Shown here piece after piece: positions 48,683-61,581 of a stretch of 64,000 bases of DNA. How positions within the stretch are numbered: position 1 is the first letter of the stretch; every line of letters starts with the position of its first letter. A program made the translations under genes and the position numbers. This stretch comes from Eledone cirrhosa (lineage: Eukaryota): positions 34,162,001 to 34,226,000 of the forward strand of contig OZ024755.1 of the NCBI GenBank assembly GCA_964016885.1. The letters run 5' to 3'. The notes beneath the pieces are model-generated. The model was not told where the DNA came from. It did not search any database and was given only the letters and a program-made list of their open reading frames with translations.

Positions 48683-48768
48683 ATCAATTTATGTATTTTA
48701 TCTGATGAGGGCGTACTGAAAAAACAGCACAGTACCTCCGAAATATATATAATAAAACATATTTTGAT
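48683..48768 (+). ncRNA. type I hammerhead ribozyme motif
   Basis: UUUUAU-CUGAUGA-GGGCGUACUG-(loop)-CAGUACCUCC-GAAA-UAUAUA-UA/AUAAAA. Stem I extends past a bulge (AUCAAUUUAUG/CAUAUUUUGAU). Confidence 0.82.
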
Positions 48769-48799
48769 TACGTGAATGTCTCCATTTATTAATATTTTG

Positions 48800-48835
<36 letters not shown>

Positions 48836-48874
48836 AGTAAGGTACTCAATACATTGCAGAGTATAAAAGTTTTA

Positions 48875-48977
48875 ATATAGATGAGATTCTACAGGACTAG
48901 AACTGTTTCATTCTTTGAAATTCCTGATGATTTCTAAAGAATGAAACAGTTCTAGTCCTGTAGAATCTCATCTATAT
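48875..48977. repeat. fold-back hairpin containing a hammerhead core remnant
   Basis: About 42-bp perfect arms; the loop and right arm read CTGATGA-TTTCTAAAGAAT-GAAAC...GTC. Confidence 0.9.
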
Positions 48978-49235
48978 ATATATATACACTATATATATGA
49001 TGTTGTTCAAGAGAAAAGCAATACAGCTAGGCACCAGCGACAACATATATATATATTCCACACTGTAAATGAGGTTGGTGTTAGGAAGGGCATCCAACCA
49101 TAGAAAACCTGCCAGATAGTCCTATACGACCCAGATGACGGTTACTCGACCTACCTTGCCTCAAGTGGCACAACTCCAGTCTAACCCATGCTAGCGTGGA
49201 AGATGGACGTATGATGATGATGATGATGATGATAT

Positions 49236-49328
49236 ATTTTATTGGCAACATGACCCTCCGAAAGTATAACAATATAAATATATATATATATATTGCTATA
49301 CTTTCGAAGGGTCATGTTGCCAATAAAA

Positions 49329-49329
<1 letters not shown>
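49236..49329. repeat. fold-back hairpin with a (TA)n centre, derived from the Penelope terminal motif
   Basis: ATTTTATTGGCAACATGACCCTCCGAAAGTATAACAATA and its reverse complement; similar to 41265-41288 and 24121-24142. Confidence 0.85.
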
Positions 49330-49389
<60 letters not shown>

Positions 49390-50212
49390 CTAGAGAGAGA
49401 GCGCTAGAGAGAGAGAGAGAGAGCGAGCTAGAGAGAGAGATAGATAGATTGATTATATATACAGAAATATATATACTATATATGATATTGTCCAAGGGAA
49501 AGGCAACGATTGATACAACTTGACACCAATGATGCCATAACTCATTTCTATAGCTAAGTGAACTGGAACAACATGAAATAAAGTGTTTTGCTGAAGAGTT
49601 AAATATTAATGTCATTATATTGAATAAGAAATGAATTTATAAACATATTTATTTCTGAGAAAACTACTCAACATGAAATAGTGTGAATTGTTATTCATTC
49701 AGTTTAAAAGATGTCTTAATTGGACTTGCTGAGGAGTTCTATATGAAGATGGTGAGATAAAATGTTGGTTAGTGTGTTTCTGTTAAAGAAAAATTTAGAG
49801 TGAAGCTAAATAGCTGGCTAATGGATTACTGCTTGTTAATCATCATGAACAACTTCCTCTATTATTATTAGGTGACTGCATGTAATGCTACTCAATAGAG
49901 AAGTGCTAAGGATGAATGCATTCTTCAACTCATAATAGCATAATTAATTTATGTGGTAGAATATTTCCATTGTTTGAGTTAGAGAATTATCATCATCATT
50001 ATCATCTATATATATATAGGGGCGGTGGATTGGCAGTATCGGTGGAGGGTCGGACGCCATGCTTTCCAGCATAGTTACCTCCCTTTACGATCTGAGTTCA
50101 AATCCCGCCGAGGTTAACTTTCCCTTTCATCCTTACGGGGTCGATAAAATAAAGTACCAGTAATGTACTGGGATAATTGCTGGCCTTGTGCCAAAAGTAG
50201 AAACAATTATCA

Positions 50213-50420
50213 TCTATATATATATAAAACTGAGGATGTCTGTCTGTCTGTCTGTCTGTCTGTGTGTGTGTGTGTGTGTGAGTTTGAATCCCTAAAACTC
50301 GAAAAGCACCCAACCGACTGTTTTCAAACTTTACACATGTAATACTTATGTTTCAGGGAGTGTTCGGAGCAAAAGAAATATCAAACTATTGAGTGTTGCA
50401 TACCTAGCTACTGAGGTAAA
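50213..50420 (+). mobile_element. non-autonomous Helitron-like 5' end
   Basis: TCTATATATATAAAA..(TGTC)n(TG)n..AACTCGAAAA..ACCGA..CAAACTTTACAC layout typical of Helitron-N/HINE elements; 3' end not identified. Confidence 0.5.
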
Positions 50421-51381
50421 TAAATATTATCACCGATATTAGTGATATCAGATATGTAATTCAGAACTCATCAGATATGTAATAAAGAACTCATCAGATA
50501 TGTAATAAAGAACTCATCAGTTTGATTTTATATCATAGCGGTTTACCAGAGGATGATTTTAAGTGGCAGAAATGGGGTTTGGAGTAACGTTACTCCATAG
50601 AGCATGTAGCTCAGAGATCAAAGTGTCACTCCAGGTTGAGGTGCTACTTCTCTGAATTGAGAGATCACAGCTCTGAGACAATGGACATGGGGTTAGAATG
50701 TCTCAGGACTTAAAGGAAAAGTCTTTGCTAGAGCAAACATCATATTGGTCCATTCATTTGTCTTTAGATTGTATTGCATTGGCAACATAACCTTATTACA
50801 TAAGATGCTGTCTGAGGATGTCACATAACTGGTTGCATGGTCAAAGCATCACATAGCCATAAGCACCATTGAAATAAGTATTACAGTTTTATGAATAAAG
50901 TAATTATGAACATCTACATCAGACCTTCACAATTATCATTATTGTAAATAAATAGGTTGGTGTTAGGAAGGGCATCCAGCTGTAGAAATCAAGCCAGAAT
51001 CAGTTCCCGTCCCACCCTTGTAAGCAGGGAAAAAGCGGACGTAAAATGAAATGATGAAATAGGCGGTGGATTGGCAGTATCGGTAGAGCGTCGGACGCCA
51101 TTCTTTGCAGCAAAGAGTTACGGCCCTTTACGGTCTGAGTTCAAATCCCGCCAAGGTTAACTTTGCCTTTCAACCTTACGGGGTCGATAAAATAAAGTAC
51201 CAGTAATACACTGGGATAATTGCTGGCCTTGTGCCAAAAGTAGAAACAATTATTGTAAATAAACTCTGTCACAGACAAACAAATTATATTTGCAAGATGT
51301 TGAGTGCTTAAATCTAATTGCATCATCATTCACTGATTGGTGTTGCATTTGAAACCCTGATTAGTCAAAATATTTACCGAA

Positions 51382-51444
<63 letters not shown>

Positions 51445-53030
51445 ATGATAAACTTAAAATTAACAGATGACAACAAACTAAAATAAGGTAAGGGGACTGG
51501 AGATCTGCAGGGTTCTTCAATTCATTTCATCATCATCATTTCATTTCACGTCCGCTTTTCCCTGCTAGCAAGGGTGGGACGGGAACTGATTCTGGCTTGA
51601 TTTCTACAGCTGGATGCCCTTCCTAACACCAACCTCATTTATAGTGAGTGCTGGGTGCTTTTTTGCCGTGACACCTCCACGACCACTTTGCAGTGGAATG
51701 ATAGGGACCCCAGTCCCTATCATCTCATTTCTACAGCTGAGTAAACTGGAGCAATGTGAAATAAAGTGTCTTGCTCAAGGAAACAACACATCACACGGTC
51801 TGAGAATTGAACTCACAACCTTTCGATTGCAAGGCCAATGCTCTAACCACTAAGCCATGTGCCTCCACATTAGCCCTAGATATTCAGCTCTACTTACCAA
51901 GAGGACTAAATGCATTATACAATTGTATACAATGTATATCATGTATATACCATGTATTCCAAACATATATATGATGTATACCTAATGTATATACTGTCTT
52001 CCTAACATGTAAACTATGTATACCCAATGTCGATAAAAGTAAGTACCAGACACACACTGGGGTCGATTTAATCGACTTTCCCTTCCCTCCAAACATTGTT
52101 GGCCTTGTGCTTAAATCAGAAATTATTATTATTAGAGGGCGATGGATTGGCAGTATCGGTAGAGTCGGACACCATAATTTGCAGCAAAGAGTTACGGCCC
52201 TTTATGGTCTGAGTTCAAATCCTGCCGAGGTTAACTTTGCCTTTCATCTTTACGGGGTCGATAAAATAAAGTACCAGTCACGCACTTGGGTCAATTTAAT
52301 CGACTTTCCCCTCCCCAAAAATTGCTGGCCTTGTGCCTATATAAGAAACAATTATTATTATTACTATTATTGGTCTGATTGGACGTCCTTTTTCTCGCTC
52401 CCAGTAAGTTGCTTTATTTACCTGTTATAATTATTTGTTGCTTAATTTTTCTTGTTGTGTAAGGGATATAAGCCCTTGGACTTTGCCCTGTGAAGGGGAA
52501 AGTGTAATATTTGGTCCTTTTTTGCCCAAATATTTGATTAATATTTTAATAAATTAAATATTTTAAATATTTAAAGAAAGAAAAAAAAAAGACATGGCTG
52601 AGCCACGGCCATAACCCCCCCCCCCCCCCCCCCAGCAATATGTCTGCTGTCATGTGACAACGGCGTAAAAGTTGAGAGGAGGGTTACAGAAATTCATACA
52701 ACAGACACCACCACAGACATCGTGAACAAAGACAACAACACAGAGAAGACTAATTTTTTTTAAAAAATTACCACACCAACTACAACAATAACAGCGACAA
52801 CCAGAATACAGACAACAGAGAAAACTGACAACTACAACACCAACAGCAACAATACAAATTGCACCGAAAACAACAACAATGGTGGCACGAAAAACACAAC
52901 CAACTACAACAGTGATAACAGCAACAACACCAACAACACCATTTGTAGCAACAGCACCAACAAGACCAGTAGCAGCAGTAGCGGTAGCAATAATGGTGCC
53001 ACTGAAAAAGAGGTCACTTCTTTCGCAGGT

Positions 53031-53862
53031 GTGGCCCGAATTATAGAGACAGTGCTAGTCACGGAGGAGGAGATGGCAGTCGCAAGAGCCATGGTGTCGA
53101 GAAATGACAGTAGAGTTTACCTGAAACCTCCACCCGATTTCTTCAAAGACCAGCAACTGCGCACGGTGACTTACCGCACTGTAAGCAAAATGTCACAAAA
53201 GGCCCTGGGGTGCGTCTGGGCATGAAAAACCCATATCACCCGAGGCAAAAAGTACGCCACAGTAGATGTAGTTTTCACCACCCTGCAAGAGGCGAAGTCT
53301 CACTCTTTGGAAACTCTAAAGAGTGAGGAGATAGTCTTGGTGCCCTCCAACTGCGGGGAGAAAATTGTGAGGGTCAAAGTGACACAGGTTCCACCCGATG
53401 TGCCTACACCTTGGCTGGCCACGTCTGTACTTGCTGGAATTGAGGAGAAGACCACATTACTGCAAATACAGAGAATGGGAAGAGAGAACTGGTCAGGAAT
53501 AGGCATGCAAATGCTAATACAAACTGACCAGGAGTGCATCGAGGCCATCCCAGATATCATAGACCACGAGGAAGGACTCCAACTCCCTATAAGCATGGAA
53601 GGAAGGCGCCCAAAGTGCTATCTCTGTGGGCAGAAGGGTCACCTCAAGGCCTTCTGTCTGCAGAAGACAGCCAAGAAGAGAGAACCCTTCCTTCCGACAC
53701 CTGATTTGCTGCTACCAAGAGCAGGGCAGGCTACAGAGGCAGAAGACCCTTCAATGGTGAGTAGGAGGGCAACGTCCCTTGCACCCATACCAAGGCCACG
53801 GACAACTAAAACAGCAGCAGCAGTGGCGGCAACACTAACAGTTGCAGTAGCTACACCAGTGG

Positions 53863-53894
<32 letters not shown>

Positions 53895-53978
53895 GCCGGA
53901 ACGGGCTCCACTACCACCACCAACAGCAGTGGAGCTCATACTCCTCCCAGACGCCATGGAATCCGACATGGAGTATGA
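53031..53978 (+). pseudogene. L1/Tx1 ORF1 (gag-like) remnant
   Basis: CCHC knuckle CYLCGQKGHLKAFC at 53616-53657 preceded by MEGRRPK; frameshifted. Confidence 0.8.
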
Positions 53979-54511
53979 GACGGGAGGGAAGTGGCAAACG
54001 GTCTGCCACAAAAAAAAAGAAAAAAGAAAAAAAAAACCCTTAGCTTCACCCTCCAAAGGCGAAAGCCAACAAAGAGGGGTAAAGGCAGCAAGGAGTCTTG
54101 CAGCAACACCACCACCATCACTACCAACATCGCAAACACAACAAAACACACACACCAAACAGCAACAAAATCACCACTCCCTCAAAAAGTACACAGCCAT
54201 AAACATGGCAAATAGAAAAATCTTACAATATATAAAGCAGCACACAGACATCACAAAAAAAACACCCCACCAACACCAAGAACTCTCCCGAAAAAAATAA
54301 ACATCACTGAAATCAAAATAGAACATTACAAACTTTTAAAACAAAAATACACCAACGCAATTGGAGACTTCAAAGGGTAGGTTACCAAGAGGATATACAC
54401 CGACATCCTCTTGGAAACACCCATGACCAGCCAAAGGGACGGTTCTACTGTCCCTTCACCAGACGATCAAAGTAAGTGATCCTTTTCTACTTACCCTGTT
54501 TCTCATCCAGC

Positions 54512-55545
54512 ATGGCCGTACTTAGAATAGGCAGTATAAATGTACGTGGCCTGGGGTCATCTTGGAAGCAGGGTCACCTGCTCAACGACCTCAGGTCACT
54601 AAACATAGATGTGGTGGCCATCAGCGAGACCAGAATTCTCGAAGCACGAGCCTTTGCACCGATCTCCGGTGTCTCCGATGTATACACATCTCCCAGCCGT
54701 CCAGGATCGGGGGGAGGAGTTGGTGTGCTTTTTCGAAGAGGCTTGGATCTCGCCATACGGGCCATCTTACTGGATGTGACCGGCAGTGAAGGCAATGCTT
54801 TCAGGCAAGTAGCCATCTACGCCCCAACAGGGGCAGGATGGCCAGATTTCTTCAGACGTCAAGAGACCTTTCTTGGAACGTCCCGCTCTTTAGTGTTAGT
54901 GGGCGACTGGAACAGTATCTTAGATGCATGCTGGGATTATGTGGCGCTAGTAGACAGGTCAGGAGGGTGTAAAAGCCTCAACAACCTGCTCAAACATTTT
55001 GAACTGTCACACAGGTATAGACTAGAGTGCGTGCTCTAAGACACGAGGGGATGAAAGCTGTTCAATGGGCCCGGGTGGTGGAGGCGCGACGTGGCAACAA
55101 GTCCACAATTCGCGCTTTGCCTGATTAAAACAGGCGCATGTTGCTTGAACCCGAGCATATGTGTGCGGCTTTTCAACAGCACTGCTCAATTGTTCCGGAC
55201 CAGCGGCGGGCTGGATTGGTGTATGGATTTCAGTGCATACCTCAACGGACTGCCACAGCTATCGACGACCGCAGCGCAGTGCTGCAAACAGCCGATAACA
55301 GCAGGTGAAATATGGAAAGCGATGTCCGACTGCACGAGGGGTAAATCGCCAGGTTTGGATGATCTGCCCTACGAGCTTTATGCGTATATGCCAGACTTGT
55401 TCGGCGACCTCTTGGCAGATGTCTGTTGCAACTGGCAGCAGAACGGGAGCATTCCCAGTTTTGTGAGCTGGGGAGCGGTGGTGCTGCTGAGAAAAAACCC
55501 AAACAAGGGGGACGTTTTAGACAACTTCAGGCCTATAACTCTGAG
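54512..55545 (+). pseudogene. L1/Tx1 ORF2 remnant (APE and RT N-terminus)
   Basis: GSINVRGL, AISET, AIYAP, VGDWNSIL; then GKSPGLDDLPYELY...NFRPITL. The RT core is deleted. Confidence 0.88.
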
Positions 55546-56957
55546 AAGCAAGAATGGCCCGAGTGAATGGGCCTACTCTGAGTATGTGTCTGTAAATTAA
55601 AGGTGGAAAACTGGGAGAGGGCACTTGCCTTGGTGGTCAGGGTCACTGTGGCCTTTTAATGGGCTTTCTCCACAAATGTCCCTCCAAAGTCTCCCCCCTA
55701 TTGGGGAATTTTTCATTGTTATTTTTTTGTTACATCCTCTGTTTTTGTTTTTTACACGCAGAAATGCCCATTTGTACCGTCCTGTATTGTCCTGCACTGT
55801 CCTTAATGTTTACTTTATGTAAACCCTTGTGGTTAATAAAGAAATCATTATTATTATTAAAATAGGGCGGTGAATTGGCAGTATCGGTAGAGGGTTGGAC
55901 GCCATGCTTTCTAGCATAGTTACGTCCCTTTACAGTCTGAGTTCAAATCCCGCCGAGGTTAACTTTGCCTTTCATCCTTACGGGGTCGATAAAATAAAGT
56001 ACCAGTAATGTACTGGGTAATTGCTGGCCTTGTGCCTAAAGTAGAAACAATTATTATTATTAAAATAAAGTACCAGTAATTCACTGGGATAAATGCTGGC
56101 CTTGTGCCAAAAGTAGAAACACTTATTATTATTATTCCTTGGAAGTCTCACCCCTATTGGGGAATTTTTCATTGTTCTTTTATTACATCCGCTGTTTTTT
56201 TTTTTGTTTTTTTTTACACGCAGAAATGCCCATTTGCACAGTCCTGTATTGTCCTGTACTGTCCTTAATGTCTACTTTGTGTAAACCCTTGTGGTTAAGA
56301 AAGAAAGCATTATTAGTATTATTATTATTATCATCATCACTATTATTTTATATATTGTTGTTCTATCTTTGTATTTAGTTTATTTCATATCATATTTCAT
56401 GTTGTTTTATCTCTGATTTATTTTTGTACGTTAGTTTTGTTTTGTATGTTTCGTGTTGTTGGGGGCTTTTTTTTTGTTTCATTTCCATCTGAATGAATTG
56501 ATAAAAACTCCTGTGTGAGCTTGTTTGTCAAGATTTATTTTAGTTATATTTTATTTGTTTTTATTTTAATTATTTTATTTTCTATTGCTCTTTCATGGTT
56601 ATATTTTGTGTTTAATTTTGGAGTTGGTGAAACGTTAACACCATTGGTTATTCATGGGTAACTTATGAGAAATCCATATGATATCTTTGTTGATATTATT
56701 TTTCCTTGTTTTCTTCTTCAGAATTTTTGTTTCATAGATATCATACAGATTTCCGAAGAAGGAATAAAACACAAAAACAAAAAACAAACAAACAAACAAA
56801 CAAAGAAGAACCCAACAAAAATAATAGCTATACACCCTAAAAAATAACCTTACTTTTCACAGATATTTATAATCTATTTCATACAACTGTTTATACAATA
56901 GAAATTAATTTTCAAAATCTGTTCTTAACATTGTAATATCAGCACAGAAGCTACAAT

Positions 56958-56985
56958 GGTGGCGGTGGTGGTAGTGGTGGTGGTG

Positions 56986-57025
<40 letters not shown>

Positions 57026-57148
57026 CAGAAATATAGTTAGTGGTGGTGGTGGTGGTAGTAGTAGTAGTAGTAGTAATAGTAGTAGTAGTAATAGTAGAAA
57101 TATAGTTAGTGGTGGTGATAGTAGTAGTAGTAGTAGTAGAAATATAGT

Positions 57149-57180
<32 letters not shown>

Positions 57181-57510
57181 ATAGTAGAAATATAGTTAGT
57201 GGTGGTGGTAGTAGTAGTAGTAGTAATAGTAGCAGTAGTAGTAGTAGTATCAGAAATATAGTTAGTGGTAGTAGTAGTAGCAGAAATATAGTTAGTGGTA
57301 GTAGTAGTGGTAGTAGTAGTAGCAGAAATATAGTTAGTGGTAGTAGTAGTGGTAGTAGTAGTAGCAGAAATATAGTTAGTGGTAGTAGTAGTAGTAATAG
57401 TAGTAGTAGTAGTAGCAGAAATATAGTTAGTGGTGGTAGTAGTAGTAGTAGTAGTAGCAGAAATATAGTTAGTGGTAGTAGTAGTAATAGTAGTAGTAGT
57501 GGTAGTAGTG

Positions 57511-57550
<40 letters not shown>

Positions 57551-57564
57551 CAGAAATATAGTTA

Positions 57565-57625
<61 letters not shown>

Positions 57626-57803
57626 CAGAAATATAGTTAGTGGTGGTAGTAGTAGTAGTAGCAGAAATATAGTTAGTGGTGGTAGTAGTAGTAGTAGCAG
57701 AAATATAGTTAGTGGTAGTAGTAGCAGTAGTAGTAGTAGTAGCAGTAGTAGTAGTAGTAGTAGCAGTAGTAGTAGTAGTAGCAGTAGTAGCAGTACTAGT
57801 AGT
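56958..57803. repeat. (GTA)n satellite punctuated by GCAGAAATATAGTTA
   Basis: The invariant spacer recurs more than 12 times between variable triplet runs. Confidence 0.95.
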
Positions 57804-58002
57804 GGTTGCTATTCTAAGTCTATATCAACAGATGTGCTATGATACCAATCCTCCCCACCACCTCCCCCTTCACTGCTCCCACCACAATCAATCTAGTCCT
57901 CAACATTATTATTATCATCTTTCTCCATCTTTCCAATTACCATAGCAATATTATCGTTCCTGCTGGCATTATATATTTAGTTACTGCTTTTGTTTGGCTA
58001 TC

Positions 58003-58664
58003 GTTGTTGTTGTTGGTGCTGTTGTTGGTGGTGGTGGTGGTGGTGGTGTTGTTGCTGTTGTTGTTGGTGGTGGTGTTGTTGCTGTTGTTGTTGTTGTTGT
58101 TGTTGTTGTTGGTGTTGTTGTTGTTGGTGGTGTTCGTGGTGTTGTTGTTGGTGGTGTTCGTGGTGTTGTTGTTGGTGGTGTTCGTGGTGTTGTTGTTGTT
58201 GGTGCTGTTGTTGTTGGTGGTGGTGGTGGTGTTGTTGCTGTTGGTGTTGTTGTTGTTGTTGTTGGTGTTGTTGGTGGTGGTGTTGTTGTTGTTGCTGTTG
58301 GTGGTGGTGGTGTTGTTGTTGGTAGTGTTGTTATTGTTGGTGTTGGTGTTGGTGTTGGTGGTGTTGGTGGTGTTGTTGTTGGTAGTGTTGTTGGTGTTAT
58401 TGTTGTTGTTGGTGTTATTGTTGTTGTTGGTAGTGTTGTTGTTGTTGTTGTTTCTGCACCACAGATACCTTTGTTCTCCTTATCATCCCTATCGAGACCA
58501 CCTACATCATCACCACTGCAGCACCTCACCACAATGTCATCATCATCACCACACCACCACCATCATCATCATCATCACCCCATGTGTGTATCTGTGTGTG
58601 TGTATCTGTGTGTGTATCTGTGTGTTTATGTGTGTATATATCTGTCTGTGTGTGTGAGTGTGTA

Positions 58665-58699
<35 letters not shown>

Positions 58700-58860
58700 C
58701 TGTGTTTCTGTGTGTGTATGTATCTATATGTGTGTATGTATCTGTGTTTGTGTGTGAGTCTGCATTTGTGTGTTGGCATGTGTGTGTGTGTGTATCTCTG
58801 TGTTTATGTGTATGTATTTATCTATCTGTGTATGTATCCGCGTTTGTGTGTGTGTGTGGT
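58003..58860. repeat. (GTT/GGT)n and (TG)n low-complexity tracts
   Basis: Direct reading. Confidence 0.95.
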
Positions 58861-59260
58861 TATGGAAGAAAAGAGAAATTAATGTATGAAGTAGAGCAAG
58901 TAGAGGCAACATTTCTCGATATGTGGGCCACATAAAATGTTGCTCACTATAGAGTAGGCCACACTACAAAACTAAATTCAGAAAGCCAAGCAGGCCACAG
59001 TTTGATATGACTGAAATAAAGTTTATAGAGTTATTGGGAAATAGTCAGTCCTCTCACTACACTTATCAAGTTAGCTTGAGTAGAATGGTCAATTTAACCC
59101 TTTAGCATTTAAACCGGCTATATCCGGCTAGAATTATCTCACCTCTTCCTGTTCAAACCGACTGTAACTGGCCACTCATGATGAAGTTAAGGTATTGTTC
59201 TCAAAATAAATAGTATCAAAATGTCATAGATTCCATATTGTGTGAGATAATTATGTAAAA

Positions 59261-59622
59261 TACTGTATTTCCTGGTGTCGAAGACGTTACTTTTTTCTTA
59301 AAATAAGTCTCAAAAATCTATTATGCATTCTGGAGGCCGAAGGTTGTTTATTATTTTTGTGGATTGGCAGTATCGGTAGAGGGTCGGACGCCATGCTTTC
59401 CAGTATAGTTACGTCCCTTTACGATCTGAGTTCAAATCCCGCCGAGGTTGACTTTGCCTTTCATCCTTACGGGGTCGATAAAATAAAGTACCAGTAATGC
59501 ACTGGGTATTTGCTGGCCTTGTGCCTAAAGTAGAAACAATTATTTTTGTTTCAAATTTTTGGTTGTCAAAATTAGGGAGCGTCCTCGAGGACGAAGTGGC
59601 TTCAGCGCTGGGAAATACTGTA
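59261..59622. mobile_element. pogo/Tigger-like MITE carrying a SINE B, nested in a piggyBac-type MITE
   Basis: TA-CTGTATTTCCTGGTGTCGAAG ... CTTCAGCGCTGGGAAATACTG-TA imperfect TIRs; the host MITE resumes at 59623. Confidence 0.6.
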
Positions 59623-60558
59623 AAGCCTTTACCGTGAAAATACCATAGTATATATAGAGTAATGTAAACCCTGCAGGACAAAAAACAAAACCTGACAAAG
59701 GGCGGAAGAACTCATAAGAGTCAACGGCCATCTAAAAAAAAAAATCCTACCAAATCAATGGGTGGCAGTAGTTCCAGCTACACACATTGAAAGACTGGTG
59801 TAGTGGTTCTGAGAACAATGTGGCTTTGCAGATGATCAATACAAATTGACAATGGAAAGGTGTTCCCGCTCGAGTTAGAAGAGAACTATTGACCTTGAGG
59901 TGAAGCAGTGACCCCTCATTGTATTCAGCAACTGAAACAAATATGAAGTACACCAAATCTAAAGCTCCTAGAGGCGGCCCTGGTGGTTCTTATTTGTGAG
60001 TGTAAACTCGGCCAGATTAGATTAGTATGAAATTTGTAGAAAAAAAAGCAAATTTCTACAAATTTCATACTTGACGACCCAATGACTGAAGAGTTTGTAT
60101 CAGAGTTTACCACTAAAATATCAAATCCAGAATATGTTTTTAAAAAATGAAAGAAATGGCAAATAAACTAACAAAAAAGTAAATAGAGTGACCCAAATAA
60201 TACTAAGAAGGACATAAATAACAATAACAACATCAACCTCATAGGTACCAGCAATAACCAAAAGTTAGTTGATGAAATGTTTATATGTGTTTAATGTTCT
60301 TTTAGATAATAGATTTCTTTAAAGATAATATTTAAAAGCTTTTAAGATCTAAATTGATTCTTCTATTTGATTTCATAAAATTGAAAAAGTCATAAATATT
60401 CAACTATAAAAATTTATGTTTGGAAATGTATCTCTTGTTTAATTTTCTATTTAACTTAGATTTTCCACTTGCTTGAACTGTGATAGTGTAATATTTGTAG
60501 AATGTATTCATTTTCGATTCCACTCTGGAGTCTTTGTGATGATAAACTTAACATTATT

Positions 60559-61240
60559 GGGGGTGGATTGGCAGTATCGGTAGAAGGTCGGCCACCATGC
60601 TTTGGCACATAGAGTTATGGCCCTCTACATTCTGAGTTCAAAATAAAGCACCAGTAACGTACTGAGGTTGATTTAATCGACTTCCCCTCCCCAAAAAAAA
60701 TTACTGGCCTTCTACCTATATAAGAAACCATTATTATTACTGGCAAATCCTGCCGAGGTTAACTTTGCCTTTCATCCTTATGGGGTCGATAAAATAAAGT
60801 ACCAGTAATACACTGGATAATTGCTGGCCTTGTGCCTAACGTAGAAACAATTATTATTACTGGATTGGCAGTATCAGTAGAGGGTCGGACGCCATGCTTT
60901 GCAGCAAAGAGTTATGGCCCTTTATGATCTGAGTTCAAATCCCGCCGAGGTTAACTTTGCCCTTCATCCTTACGGGGTCGATAAAATAAAGTACCAGTAA
61001 TGCACTGAGGTAATTGCTGGCCTTGTGTCTAAAGTAGAAACAATTATTATAGGTATTGGCAGTATCGGCAAAGGGTCGGACGCCGTGCTTTGACACATAG
61101 AGTTTCGGCCCTTGCCATTCTGAGTTCAAATCCCGCCGCGGTTAACTTTGCCTTTCATCCTTACGGGAGTCGATAAAATATAGTACCAGTAACGCACTGG
61201 GTATTTGCTGGCCTTGTGCCAAAAGTAGAAACAATTATTA
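60559..61240 (+). mobile_element. cluster of about 4 head-to-tail SINE B copies
   Basis: Repeated GATTGGCAGTATCGGTAG heads and AGTAGAAACAATTATTA tails. Confidence 0.88.
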
Positions 61241-61474
61241 ATACTTATGTTAGTGTCCTAAATTATTTTTATTCCAAGCAGATGTGTTTGTGATAGACTT
61301 AAAAGTATAGCTATCTTATTAATACTTCTGTTACAAATTTCTTACTTTTTTGTTTTATGGTTTTACTGAAGAACTAGACCTCCCATGTCCAGTTGGGTCA
61401 TGTTCACTTAGGAATGTTTTTAAATAATTAAAATATACACAGACATGTATATAATGTGAAATGAAACTGGAAGG

Positions 61475-61509
<35 letters not shown>

Positions 61510-61547
61510 GTGTGTATGCATATATATAAATGTGTGTGAGTGTATAC

Positions 61548-61581
<34 letters not shown>

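Larger units (their letters stand above)
52595..55860 (+). mobile_element. decayed, internally deleted L1/Tx1-clade LINE
   Basis: ORF1 with a zinc knuckle, ORF2 APE and RT pieces, AATAAA at about 55835 and a (TTA)n tail. The 3' tail is duplicated at about 56143-56330. Confidence 0.85.

Noticed and set aside
56958-57803. Constant motif with variable spacers resembling a CRISPR array
   Set aside because: Spacers are only (GTA)n length variants; eukaryotic context, no cas genes.
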